NCBI GenBank assembly: GCA_048772705.1 | Contig: JBLWGC010000035.1 | Coordinates: forward strand, 310,001 to 374,000 | Direction of reading: 5' to 3' | Origin: Leidyana gryllorum EB-2025a | Lineage: Eukaryota > Protista > Apicomplexa | DNA: 64,000 bases | In this document: one piece after another, positions 23,360 to 35,077 of the stretch | How the letters are laid out: each line of letters begins with the position of its first letter | Position numbering within the stretch: the stretch's first letter is position 1 | Program-made: the position numbers and the translations under genes | The notes under the pieces: model-generated | Told to the model about the DNA's origin: nothing | Databases searched by the model: none | Seen by the model: the letters and a program-made list of their open reading frames with translations, nothing else

Positions 23360-25606
23360 TCAGAACTTCCCGTCGAAACCTGTGAAGCCACACAACAGGA
23401 AAACGGGGTAGTATCTCTTCTTTTCAATCTGATTGCACCAGTTCCAAGCGGAAGTTAACCGGCCATCGATACAAGAACCTGTAGCGCACACGTGTGTGGC
23501 GCAAAAATCGAGCCACTCACCTGCGTCGAAGAAGTTGTCTGCTCCACTCCCATCGAAGGCATGTCGGAAGAAGTCGCACAAGATGGTTTTGCTGTACCAA
23601 AGATGAGGTAAAAGCTCCCTTCGAAGGTAGGACTTACACTAGGGTCTCTGTAGATCCGTATCCATCCTCAATCATCTTAGCAATCGCCCGATCGGATCGA
23701 CAGAGTTTGGGAATTGTATCGAGTACTTGCACAATGGGGTTAATGAACCGAGGAATCTATAAAAAAGTCGTAAACTCTCACCGATCAGCCCGCTGAAGGA
23801 TGCACGTACCTGAGTGTACTTGTCAATGAACATTAGAGCATTTGGAACATTGTGGTCTCCCAAATGCACTGCAGAGGACCCTACCCAGCCACCAGCTTCC
23901 CGTTGGACTTCACAAATGATGTCGTTGATTGCTCTGTAGACATTGGGGGCACTTTGGATACGATTGAGCCCTTGCCCTGTTTCCTTGAGCTTGTACCGAT
24001 TGTCAGCGCTGAGCATATCAATGTCCGCCATATACCAGAGACGCATAAAGTTCCGCAGCACCGCTCGCCACAATAGCAACGATTGTCTAACGAATTGGTA
24101 TTGACGCGCGTGTTGATGAGTGAGGCGAGCACCACCCTGTCCAGCTTGGATAGCAAGAGAGAATCTGTCCTCCGGTCGATCTGCAGGGAAGTACGTCTCC
24201 AGATAGTCGAGCATCTGATGCACAGGACGCTCTGTGAATCGTAGGAAGGTTTGATGATCTTTCATCGAGTAGATGGCAAGTTCAACATCCTCTTCCGTCA
24301 TTTCCTCAGACTTCCAGTCAGCGGAGCGCGGAACGCTCAACCGATCAGTCTCTTCTTCCTCAGCCGGACTCGAAAAGGTCACTGAAGAAAGGGGAAGAGA
24401 GTATGTGTGATTGATGCACAGTTGTCCATGAAGGCGAGATAAGGCTGTGACACTCTGGTCGCTTACTGAATCGGAAGAAGCTGCGTCCGGTATACTTGGT
24501 CGGCTGCTTTTGGGTGGCATAGCGGGCAATCAACGTCTTTGTAGCCTGTTCCTTCTCTTGTAGAGCCATCTGTACCGCCCAGCGGTTGTTTTCGTCGTCA
24601 TAGATTTCTGCAAAGAATGGAGGCGGAGATGACGAGTTCCCATACCTCTGGTGGCGACCTGCATGAGTGGATCTTTGAGGAGCTCCAGCCCATTCTTTTT
24701 GCAGGCGAGAAGCTGATGAACAGTCTTGACCGAGGAGACACAGTCAAAGTCGAGCATCCGTTGGATGTGAGGGTCCCGCGAGTCCATGAGGAAGTACATC
24801 AGCTTTCCGTAGCTGTCTCTCATGCGTTCAGGGTTGAGGACTTTGTAACGGCGTCCAATCTCAAAGCACGCTTGGAAGAATGGTGCCAACTGGCTGAAGT
24901 CTCGATCCTTGATGAGACGCTGGCCCTCCTCATAGTCTCGTGCCAGCACCAGACCGGTCAAGATGGAGCAAATCTGCCTGATTTGTTTGACCACTTGACG
25001 ATGTTTCTGTCCGGCGTGAAGGATGTCGATGGAATCGGTGTAATCGGAAATGTACAGAGTGGATTCGAGAAGTCGCAGCAATTCTCGCTCTGCGTAGACA
25101 AGTCGCAGTGGTGTGTGTTTGGCCAGTCGCGCCAATTTCTCCATGGCCCTGAGTTTCTTGGGTGGAGCCTCCAGATCCTCTGTCGGGGCCGGAACTGTAG
25201 CATACTGCGTTTTCTCAGCTTCACGTAGTTGGCTCAGAATTCCCGCTCCAACTTGACGAAGGACATCGCCCCAGGGCAATTCCGGGTTCTTCCGCACGCC
25301 CATGACCACTGTGTGTCAAACACAACTTTCGAGTCTAATTCGAGTTTGCTGTCACCCACCTTTGAGCCAGTCGACGTTGCGAAAGTGGTTGACGGCCAGT
25401 CGTTCTTCTTCCGTCAAGGCGCCAAGTTCTGTCATGGCTTCCTCGTCGCCAGCTGTAACCGCCGGCGTGGTGCCTGTCCCTGAATCCTCCACTTCGTCAT
25501 AGGTGCCATCGAGCATATCTCGATCATTGCTCTCTGCTGTCGCGAGCTGTTCGACTGCCACTGCCTCAGAGGGCGCGTCCAGGAGGTCCTTCAGGGAGGG
25601 ACCCAT
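23360..25606 (-). CDS. UPF0652/DUF2009 family protein
   Basis: FEIGRRYKVLNPERMRDSYGKLMYFL, GGARLTHQHARQYQFVRQSL, WVGSSAVHLGDHNVPNALMFIDKYTQV, FDGSGADNFFDAG|SCIDGRLTSAWNWC..GFTGFDG. Confidence 0.9.
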
Positions 25607-25636
25607 CGCCTTGGATTTTTTTTTATCGCTGAACGA

Positions 25637-28600
25637 ATGCCCCCCAAGAATAAGGCACCAGTAGAGCGCCCCTATTTGGTCGACTATGCACCGACCAGTC
25701 GAGGCAGCTGCAAGGTATCGTCTCAGATCCATCCGAAATCGACGATCACACAGAAATGTTCGAATCCAATGGAGCAAGGGGAACCGCGATTCGGTCGACG
25801 TGTCCGTTCTCCGTGGTAGGAAATCTATGAAAGCGGATTGAGAATTCCTGGTGTATTCAAGGCACGATGGCCTCGATACCCAATACTATCACCTGGCGTG
25901 CGGCAGAAAGTTCACCGAAGACCTCTCGGAGATTCACAGTGAGATTCGACCAAATACTCGACCACAGAGGACAATTGAGTGAACCGCAGAACTGGGCACA
26001 TTGTGCTGGGAACACCTCGTCCAAGCGTCAATCATATTCAATGAGGACCTGAAACTCGGAGAGTGAGATCTAATTTGCTCTTCACAAGCCAGACTCAATA
26101 CAGTCCCGCTGTCCAGAAGTACAAAATGGTACTCAACGCAGTTTATGACCTGCAAAGTGAGATTACTGCGGCGAAAGTACCGCAGATCCATCTCGCTCGA
26201 GTTCTGGAAGCCAATGGTTTCCCGCCAGAAGTCTGCGCCAAATATAAAATGCCGGAGCTCACTCGACTAGTTGCCGATAACTTACTCCGAGGACAACTCC
26301 CAGAGTGTCCGCTATGTCACAACACAGCTCTGGTGGCCGTAAGTACAGTACCCTCTTCATTTCTAGGTCACTTCTACCGCAGTATGGTTACGAAATCCAC
26401 TGTTATGGCTACTGTGAACAGAGCCAGTGTGATTTCTTGTATAGCTGGGCCCCTTTTGCACGAGTCCAAAGCAAGTATCACACCATGCTGACAGACGAGC
26501 AGGTCGCGGCACTCAAGACCCGCGAGGCGCCTTTCAAAGTACCCGTAAGCTCAATCAATACTTCGTTCTTCTCATGGCGTTCTGCAGAAAGATCTGTCGG
26601 GCGGAGGATGGACAAAGATAGAGAAAGCTTTGGCGCAGATCGGAAGCGACGCGCAATTCCGTAGCAAAATGTTTCATTGCGACGTTCCCAAGGCAGACTC
26701 CACGACAGCGAGTGGTGAGCCCGAGATGAATCAAATCAGCAATTCCCTTTCAGATGCGCCCAGTACCGCAGGTTTCTCAAGTGGCAAGAAGGGCGGGGCG
26801 GTTGCAGCCAAGATTGCCCCTGAGGATATTCCCGCCAACCAATTGTTAAATGGTTTCATTGTGATGGCTATGAGCTGTGAAACTCCAAGATGCGCGATAG
26901 AACAGCGAGTCACGGAATTGAATGGAAGATGGGCGTAAGTGCGGGACTAATTATCCCCCTTGTGCCATCGTTCGATATGTGTGTAGGGCTCGGACAAGTG
27001 ATCTGAAGAAACTGCCTCGTGACGGCAAATTGATCTGTTTAGTGGCCAAATCCAACTGGGCTACTCGGAAAATGACCGAGACGGGACAACAGGTGATTGG
27101 AGCAGGTGCCCTCATATTGCGTGAGGAGTGGTTGGAGTTTCTGCAAGAACCCACCGACTTCCGTGGAGCCGTAGGCAAAAAACGGCCGAGTCAACCTGAC
27201 GATCTTCCACGGGGTCCGATCCTTCGGACTGCTAAATACATGACGCACTTCCGCATAGAAGGCCCGCGATGTACAGATGTACTGACACTGCCATGGGCAA
27301 AGGACGGTGGTAGTGCGAATACTGCGAACGCATCATTGGCGGTGAAGCCATGTGTTCGTCGCGAGTCCAAGTTGATGCAAATATCTGATGGTATTGAGCC
27401 GCCTGAAGGATTACAGAAATCTGACCTGCGGGTGTATGTGGATAGAGGGAATAATGTCTACAACGTGGCTTTGACATGTGTTGATATGAGTTCTGGGAAG
27501 AATTCGTACTATTTAATGCAGATTTTAGAACGCAATTTGCCCTCCGTATCGCGGAAAAGGAAAGCAGAATCCAAGCCGCAACCCAGCGCAAAGCGTTCCA
27601 AGAAGGAGTCATCCAAAGGCGGTGTCAAGAGCGAGATGAGTGGTGATAACGACGAGAATGTGCCGCCTGGTGAGAAGGCGAGCGGCCATGGGGGCCCATC
27701 GACGGAAAGCTCTAACGTACATCCTGATTACATCGATAACACCCGCTATAGCGACGAGGAGTGGCAGGAGATGAGGCTTAATCATCACCGTTATTGGTGG
27801 ATCCGTCGTCATGGCCGGACTGGAGAGTCTGATAAACGACAGCATCAGGGATGGGTGACAGAATTCGACTCCTTGAGCGACATCTTAGCAGAGTTCCACA
27901 AGAAGTTTCTCGAACTGACAACTGTAGAGTTCGGCGATCGAGATAAAGCTGTCAAACCGGGAGTCTACAACTTTGTTGATCTGGAAGGTTACGATTACGA
28001 TGGAAAGGCCGCTGCAGCAGCAGCTGAGCCTCCGAAGCCCCAGGTGGCGGTAAACGAAAAGAAGAAAGGGTCCTCGGACAACGAAGCTAAGCGGCAGACG
28101 CTGGAGGATAGGATTCGAGAGATATTGCGGTTTATCTTCGACAAAGATACGATGAAGGCCACACTCAAAGCGCTCGATATTGATGTCACAAAGTTTGAGT
28201 TGAAGGATCTGTCGATCCCCCATCTCGAGAGCGCATTCGGCGTGTTGAGTGATATCGAGACCGTGATCAAAGCTCGAAATCGGAAACAGTTGACTCCGAT
28301 CGAAGAGCAGGCAATGGAGTTGAAGCTCAAGGGTTTGACGGGCAAATTCCTGTCGATCATTCCCATGTCGTTCAAGCACCATGAGAAGCCGTTGATAGCA
28401 ACCATACAGGAAGTCAAAGCCAAATGTCAAATGCTAGAGGACTTTATTCGGACAGCCGAGACGGCTCAGGCCATGAGTGCTGTGGAAGAAGGTATGGACG
28501 AAGAAGAGCGTCAAGAAGATCCCATCGAGCGGTGTTATGCCACGCTGGGCTTCGATATGGAATGGGTCGACACATACCATCCGATGGTCAGTACCATCGC

Positions 28601-29446
28601 TCATTTGATTCGACAGGGACACGGCCCTACACACACTTCATTCACATTGTCTATGAAGAATGTGTTCGCTTTGAGGGTTCGCAATCTCAAGTATCGATCA
28701 GAGATTGGAAACAAGCGCCTCCTCTGGCACGGCAGTCGGATCGGGAATTGGGGGGGTATTCTCCGCAACGGTCTCAAGATCGCCCCACCGGAAGCCCCCG
28801 TTTCGGGTTACATGTTCGATAAGGGAGTCTACTTTGCTGATATGATCAGTAAGAGTGCTCAGTACTGTTGCACTGACCCGAAGAATCCCCGCGCTCTCTT
28901 GTTGCTGTGCGAAGTCGCTTTGGGATCTCAATATGTATGTGCTTCCAGTGACTCGTCTGCTGCTTCCAAAGTCAAGAACACCCATGACTCAACTTGGGGT
29001 GTTGGTCGATTGGGAATGGACGAGGGTAAGGCTCGCTGGGCCAAGTCGGCCAAAGGTGGTCCCGATCATTGGGTGGGAGACACCAAGTGCAAAGATCAAG
29101 TGGACGAGATTGATCGAGTGCTCATTCCAGCGGGGAGGATGATCGATCAGACGTCTATTGTGCACAAGATGGGCTTCAAACACCTCGATCTCCAGTACAA
29201 TGAGTTCATCGTCTACAACACTGTAAGCACTGAATGTCGACCCGTCGTCTCTACAACTCACTCCCGCAGGAGCAAATCCTTCCACGTTACCTCGTGGAAG
29301 TTGAGTTCCATTTCAAGCATTTCGTCAAGGGAGAGGCGAGCCAGAGTAGTGATGACGAAAGCGATGACGACGACGATGACGATGAATCGGCGGTCTCAGA
29401 GCAGGACTCAAGCGGAAGCTCGGATGAGTCGAGCTCTTCGTCCTAG
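25637..29446 (+). CDS. PARP: PARP1-like poly(ADP-ribose) polymerase (zf-PARP, PADR1, BRCT, WGR, regulatory and catalytic domains)
   Basis: YLVDYAPTSRGSCK (zf-PARP), VADNLLRGQLPECPLC (PADR1), YNVALTCVDMSSGKNSYYLMQIL (WGR), LLWHGSR..GLKIAPPEAPVSGYMFDKGVYFAD..KSAQY, YNEFIVYN|EQILPRYL. H-Y-E triad intact. Confidence 0.95.
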
Positions 29447-29459
29447 TTGAACCTTTGTC

Positions 29460-30388
29460 CTACGCTTGTGCGGTCCGAAGGATTCGGTGAGTTTCTGTGA
29501 TGATGTCCGAGAGGGGCGCGCCGTCACCGACAAATATCTCCTCGCGCAGGGTGGCGTGGAAACCCCAATCCTTTTTTCGTAGTGGAACTCCAGTCCAGTA
29601 GTCGTCTTCTCCCACTCGTGCATTGCCGTCACTCTCGCTGATGGGGTTCGAGAGCGGCTGGTCCTCCAGGGTGTCCTCCAGACTCAATGAAGCTGTGTCC
29701 GGGAACCGTCGGGCCCTGACATTCTCCAGAATCTCAAAGAACAGCCCTCGTATAGACTCGCTGGAGTCTTGGCTTGCGGAACACCCAACCAAACGCCACC
29801 ATCGATCACCATCCATTCGCTCCAAGTCGAGTGCCGATCGCAATTCCTCCAGGGACATGGCGTCCGCTACATCTTGCTTGTTACCAACTACCATCAAATC
29901 AGCACCGGTCATTCGCTGAGAACATCACACATATGTACACACACGCGATCTCTGCGACTCCACCAAGCCCACCTCTTCTCGAAGAACTGCCTTGAGCTCA
30001 TCGCGACACATTATTACTCTCTCCAGATCGCTACTGTCGACCACCCATATAAGGGCGTCGGCCGCATGAAAGTAGTTGGACCAGAATGGTCTTAGAGATC
30101 TCTGGCCTCCAACATCCCAAAAGTCCACGTTAATTCTTTACACCACATTTGATGCCGACACACACAGGTATCACTCACGGCCCGATACGTTTAGTACGGA
30201 TTTGGAAGCCCACTGTGGGTGCAACCTCATTTATATCTTCGGCAAAGAATCGAGTGACCAACGTGGATTTTCCTGCGTTGTCAAGGCCTCTGGAACGAAA
30301 TGGATACCGAGCCGGCGGCTTACAGAATGAGACAACGGACGCTTTTGCCGCGTGTAGCCTCACGCCTGATCTCGCTCAGAAGCACCAT
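29460..30388 (-). CDS. ARL2: ARF-like GTPase ARL2-like with C-terminal extension
   Basis: GLDNAGKST, PTVGFQI, WDVGGQRSLRPFWSNYF..DALIWVVDSSD..R, NKQD, GCSA; four exons. Confidence 0.85.
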
Positions 30389-30423
30389 TTGCGGCCGTTA
30401 CTTGACCCTGGGACACACCTGTG

Positions 30424-30960
30424 ATGCCTCGCGTTCACGTAACAATTCACGAAGGACGGAATCTCCACCAGTCCTGGTTCAGTCTCTCAAAAATAGTGAG
30501 ATATAATTAGTTGTTTGGTGTGACATCCGATGGTAACTCCAACCAGGATCCCTATGTGGTGGTACGCTGCGGCACTTGGAACAAGGCCTCGACTTCAACA
30601 GTACTGAATGGAGGCAAAGTGGTGACCTGGGGACAGACCTTGTCACTCAGATGTCCCCGAGGACGCCCCATTCGATTCGTCGTCAAGGACGATGACTTGT
30701 TGTGAGTGCTACATACAATGTGTGTGCGCGATAAAGTTCATTGACAGTTCGGATGATTTCATTGGAGCAGGAGCAGTTCCATTTAGTGCATTCGCTGGTG
30801 GGCGTTGGGATGGAGAAGTTTGTGTGAGTGTAGCCGCAAGAATAGCACCCGAAGACCTGCCTTTCAGCTGATTCGAGATGAAACAAAGGAAGCAGGCAGC
30901 CTGCTTGTGACGATCATTTTCGATGGAGCTAGTTCCGGCACAGATGAAGCGCCTGCTTAG
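30424..30960 (+). CDS. Small single C2-domain protein (4 exons)
   Basis: Spliced MPRVHVTIHEGRNL..KI|DPYVVVRCG..NGGKVVTWGQTL..FVVKDDDLF|SDDFIGAGAVPF..EAGSLLVTIIF. Confidence 0.85.
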
Positions 30961-32690
30961 CCAATATACTGGGTATCCACAAAAACCCTAGTGATCCATA
31001 GGAAAACGGAGTAATGAATTGAGGTCAGGGGAAGAAGATGTGGAGGGGCTACGCCATGTAAGTGTCGGTAGACGAGTTGCTCTTGTGCTGGCTTCCCGGG
31101 GAAGAAGGGGTCGTAGTGAGGCGAAGTCAGGATTGGTAACGAAAGGGCATCGATGCGCTTGTCGAAACCCTCGTCCAACCCACTTTGTTCAAGGTCCTCA
31201 TCCTCTTGGTCTGACCTGGCCTGAATCGGACTGGTGGGCGCCGTGGAAGGGGCTTCAGCCATCTCAACGCTAATTCTCGTTGACTCCGAGGTTGCACGAG
31301 ACTGCGGCATGGTTGCCGCCCGCACAGTCACCCATAAATGGAAGGGCTGGTAGATATAGTAATAGAAGGGGACGGAGGTGACGAAGCAGAGGAAGCACAC
31401 AAAGAAGAAACCAGCTCCTCCTAAAATGTCCGACTGCATAGAGGGAGAACAACTTCGAAGGATTAACGAATAAAAGAAACTAAGGATGACGGCTGTGCGT
31501 CCAGGCAAGACAGCCAAGATTGGGTCTTGGCACATTAGGCGCCACACGAGTCCTCTATGTGCGTAAGGGGCGCACAAGAGTAGTAGGCAGAGAGAGGCCA
31601 ATGGGAAAAGGCCCCAGGGACTCAGTATGACCCATTCTTGTAGTGTTGGGGTCCACCGTAGGACAAAAGGGGGAACGATCCAGGACGCGAAGCGATTTAG
31701 CGACCATTCAACGTGGAGTGGATCGAATACGTAAGCGCACATGGTGCTTAAGAGAACAGCATCGGTGATGAAGGGGAGCACCCAGCGTCCGAAGCGTGTG
31801 GTACGACTGTGCGTCTCCGGTCCTGGGCGGTTCGGTTTGTCTCCGTCAGGGTCGACCCAACCCCAGTCTCTGACAATCTCTGCCAGGACGATACCTGCCA
31901 TGAAACGGGGCAGTGTGAAGATGGGGTGGATGTACCACACGGCACTCCCAATTAGGGTTCCTCTGTCATACAGCTGCTGTGCATTTCCCATCTCGACGAC
32001 TGTCGGAAGCGTGTAGATGAACTGTCCAATGATCAGAGGAGCAGCTATGCACATGACCAGCGCGGCTGTCGTCATGAAAGAATATCGAACGTATTTGTTG
32101 CCACAAAGCCGTCCTTTCATCATGAGCATCGTTCGGCTCAGAAACGGGTACGCTACCCAGCATGTGGCGACAGCAGACGCGAGAGCCAATCCAGGGGCAG
32201 GGTCGATGACAAGGGATTCGGCGCGCGGTCTACTTAAAGGATAGAGAGTCCACCAACTGCTCGTCAGGGTGGCGGAGGCGAGAAGTTGGACGATCTTGAA
32301 CCCGAAACCTCTCCGGAACCAGATGGCAACACTCCATAACCATACAAAGGCAATCAAAGGCACGAACGGCAACAGCCTCAACTTGTAAAACAGCTTGGTG
32401 ACTTGAGCAAAGGAAGCACTATTGTTGCTATTTGGGTAGAAGAAGGGGCCGTAGCGAAGATGCGTCAACAGTCCGCTCATCAGAAACATCACTGATGTCG
32501 TCAAATGCTGGTTCGACATCATCGTGTGGACCCATGGGTGACTAGGGAAGAGGTTGGCACCGACAATACTTGTCAGCAGGAGGAACTGCAGCGACTTGAA
32601 GATATCTATGTTGCGGCATGTTTGGGTGAATACCAACCGACCTGGACCTGAACTCGCAGCAGCGTTACCAGCCACCCACTTGGCTTCCAT
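30957..32690 (-). CDS. Multi-pass membrane protein, acyltransferase-3 (OafA/AT3)-like, degenerate
   Basis: About ten TMs; MFLMSGLLT..FYKLRLLPFVPL (cf. FFVLSGFLI..FY.RR..RI.P), HPIFTLPRFMAGIVLA, SVPFYYYIYQPF. Confidence 0.65.
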   Translation of the reverse strand: MEAKWVAGNAAASSGPGRLVFTQTCRNIDIFKSLQFLLLTSIVGANLFPSHPWVHTMMSNQHLTTSVMFLMSGLLTHLRYGPFFYPNSNNSASFAQVTKLFYKLRLLPFVPLIAFVWLWSVAIWFRRGFGFKIVQLLASATLTSSWWTLYPLSRPRAESLVIDPAPGLALASAVATCWVAYPFLSRTMLMMKGRLCGNKYVRYSFMTTAALVMCIAAPLIIGQFIYTLPTVVEMGNAQQLYDRGTLIGSAVWYIHPIFTLPRFMAGIVLAEIVRDWGWVDPDGDKPNRPGPETHSRTTRFGRWVLPFITDAVLLSTMCAYVFDPLHVEWSLNRFASWIVPPFVLRWTPTLQEWVILSPWGLFPLASLCLLLLCAPYAHRGLVWRLMCQDPILAVLPGRTAVILSFFYSLILRSCSPSMQSDILGGAGFFFVCFLCFVTSVPFYYYIYQPFHLWVTVRAATMPQSRATSESTRISVEMAEAPSTAPTSPIQARSDQEDEDLEQSGLDEGFDKRIDALSLPILTSPHYDPFFPGKPAQEQLVYRHLHGVAPPHLLPLTSIHYSVFLWITRVFVDTQYIG

Positions 32691-32702
32691 GTTTTTTCGC
32701 AA

Positions 32703-33931
32703 ATGCACTGGAAGCGATATGCTCAGCGTACCCTTGTGGCACTTCTGTTACTACCAGGACTGTACCTAATCCTGTCCACAGGAGGACTCTCTGTTGCAGT
32801 GTTGAGTCTCGTCATTCAGTCATTGTGCTGGCAGGAATACGCCTCACTCCGACCGACACTCATCTCTAGATTGCATCCCAATGCCAGCCTACCCTCTTCG
32901 TCCAAACATCTCACCATTGCTGGGCAGATCTGCTCTGTCCTCTGCACTGCAAAGGCATGGTACCACCCTTCACAGCCGCTGGCATTCGCACCCATCCTGA
33001 CTGTAAGCCGTCAAACCCACCAAGCTGATGATCATCCAACCCTTATTTGTACTCTTGCCCAGACTTTCGCCACTCTCATCGTACCGTACATTGATCTTGT
33101 CAAACCCAACCTAATGCTCAAAAGCACGTCCTCCTCAACCAGATCGAAGGCCGTCAAAACCCCCTCTCCCAACGATCTGCCGGCCCATTTCACCGCCACT
33201 GCTGTTGATACGGTATTTCTCACGTCATTTGTTGCTGGCTTGACCAGTATAATCCCTCTAAATGCCCGAACCAATGATAATAACGAGTGAGACACAGTGG
33301 AAAATATGCCCCCTCTGATGCACGCGCCATTAGAGACCTTGGCTTATCTCTCACGGTGTTCGCCTTCTTGGCTCCATGGGTAGCAGATACTGGTAAGCCG
33401 CCCTTCACCAATCTTGGGAGCGCTATATTACATAAACTATGACTAGCCGCACTATTCGTCGGATCTCGATTCGGCAAGCGAAAGGTGGTCCCAGAGCTGA
33501 GTCCCAACAAGACGCTTGAAGGTACAAAGGGACGACGGAACGCTATACACGTCGCTCTATCAGGTTTCATGGCTATGGTGCCGGGCGCTATTCTGGCGGC
33601 TGCCTTCTGCAAAGTTGCCAGTGAATTGTACGGCTGCCGAGTCTTGGCGTTCTACCGCAACTGCAGTCTGTGCTACATATGCTACTTGGCCACCATCGCT
33701 GCTGTTTGGGGAGCGGTAGGTGATCTCATCGAGTCCGGCATGAAACGGCTGGCAAATGTCAAAGACACTGGCACGCTCTTTGGACCTCACGGGGGCGCAA
33801 TAGATAGAGTAAGTTACCAACACCGCGATGTAATCGCGTACTGTACTTCATTACCTCTACCATGAGTATACATATGTCTGCAGGTCGATTCCATAGTGCC
33901 CGTCATGTTATTGTTGAATTTGCTGGTTTGA
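32703..33931 (+). CDS. Phosphatidate cytidylyltransferase (CDP-DAG synthase), prokaryotic CdsA type
   Basis: WVADT|AALFVGSRFGKRKVVPELSPNKTLEG, GDLIESGMKRLANVKDTGTLFGPHGGAIDR|VDS; several short introns. Confidence 0.9.
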
Positions 33932-34045
33932 CGCGAGTAATGATGCGTTGTGCGGGGTTTGTCCAAGAAAGTCCCAAACTTGACTGTGCATTTGAAACCA
34001 CGAACAAACAAACACATTGTGTGTGTGACCTGCATTTTGAGGAGG

Positions 34046-34813
34046 ATGAAAGCTTTCGCTGTTGCGCTTCTGGTCCCCGCGACCGTATCCGGCTTGAAAG
34101 CCCCACACCTTGAGATTGAGTCTGTGCAATGTACCCGTGGTGTCTCTTCTACTTGCGCTGATCAGTGCGCTCGTAACAACTGTTACGCAGCTACCAACGA
34201 GGGCGAACTCAATGCTTGCCTTCGGAAACTGGACAGCGACTGCTCCGTGCACCTCAAGGCCACCTTGAACGTTACATTGGAGAACTCTGTGGATTTCTGC
34301 AATGTTCATGCTGAGCCTCCCCAAGCGGCAGGCTGGCTTATGAATGTTGCCAACCTCGGTTACTGGTCCAGAATGTACAATCCCAAGGTTTCCTTCCCGG
34401 TTAGTGCTAATTCGGCCGCCGGATCAAGCCGCTGCAAGCACCAGGCTCACGAGTTGGTGTACCAGACGGCCGCTACCCCTGCTGTGATTGAACATGGCTT
34501 GTGTATCAACCCTACCACCACTGAGAGTCCCACCACCGTTGTGCAACGCGACCTAAGCTATGACACTGACTACTTGAACGTCTACCCGATCGCTGTGTAT
34601 GAGGATGTGATGTCTATGTTCTTCATGCCTAAGTACCAGCGATGCTGGGCTCCTCTGGACCATATGTTCCTCTCAGTGCAGGTGGAGCATGACATTTTCG
34701 GCGAACACGGCATCGTCCTCGACCGCATTGTGAACACTGGCACTGTTCCTCTCACTCATTTGATTTTCCCGAGCGACCTCGATTTCAGCCGTGTCAGCCC
34801 TCCCTTCTATTGA
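34046..34813 (+). CDS. Secreted Cys-rich protein, paralogue A
   Basis: Signal peptide MKAFAVALLVPATVSG; N-terminal six-Cys module; intronless. Confidence 0.8.
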   Translation: MKAFAVALLVPATVSGLKAPHLEIESVQCTRGVSSTCADQCARNNCYAATNEGELNACLRKLDSDCSVHLKATLNVTLENSVDFCNVHAEPPQAAGWLMNVANLGYWSRMYNPKVSFPVSANSAAGSSRCKHQAHELVYQTAATPAVIEHGLCINPTTTESPTTVVQRDLSYDTDYLNVYPIAVYEDVMSMFFMPKYQRCWAPLDHMFLSVQVEHDIFGEHGIVLDRIVNTGTVPLTHLIFPSDLDFSRVSPPFY

Positions 34814-35077
34814 ATGATCAAAGATTGCCATTAATTAGAGCTCGATTAAATATGAAGTTTACACGCTCAATTCGATAGATTTTTAGATTGATGTTCGATG
34901 GTTTGATATAAATACGCAACGATTTCTTTTTTCAGTGGCTTCGTTCTCTCTCAAGCATTTCACAGTGCCATTCGTAAGCTGCAGCACGGACAGGCCGGCT
35001 GACTAGTGAGCAGCGATATTCCCTAGACTACTTTTGTCGATCTGTTCGTTAGCTGGCCCCAAAAAAAGTGAAGGAAT

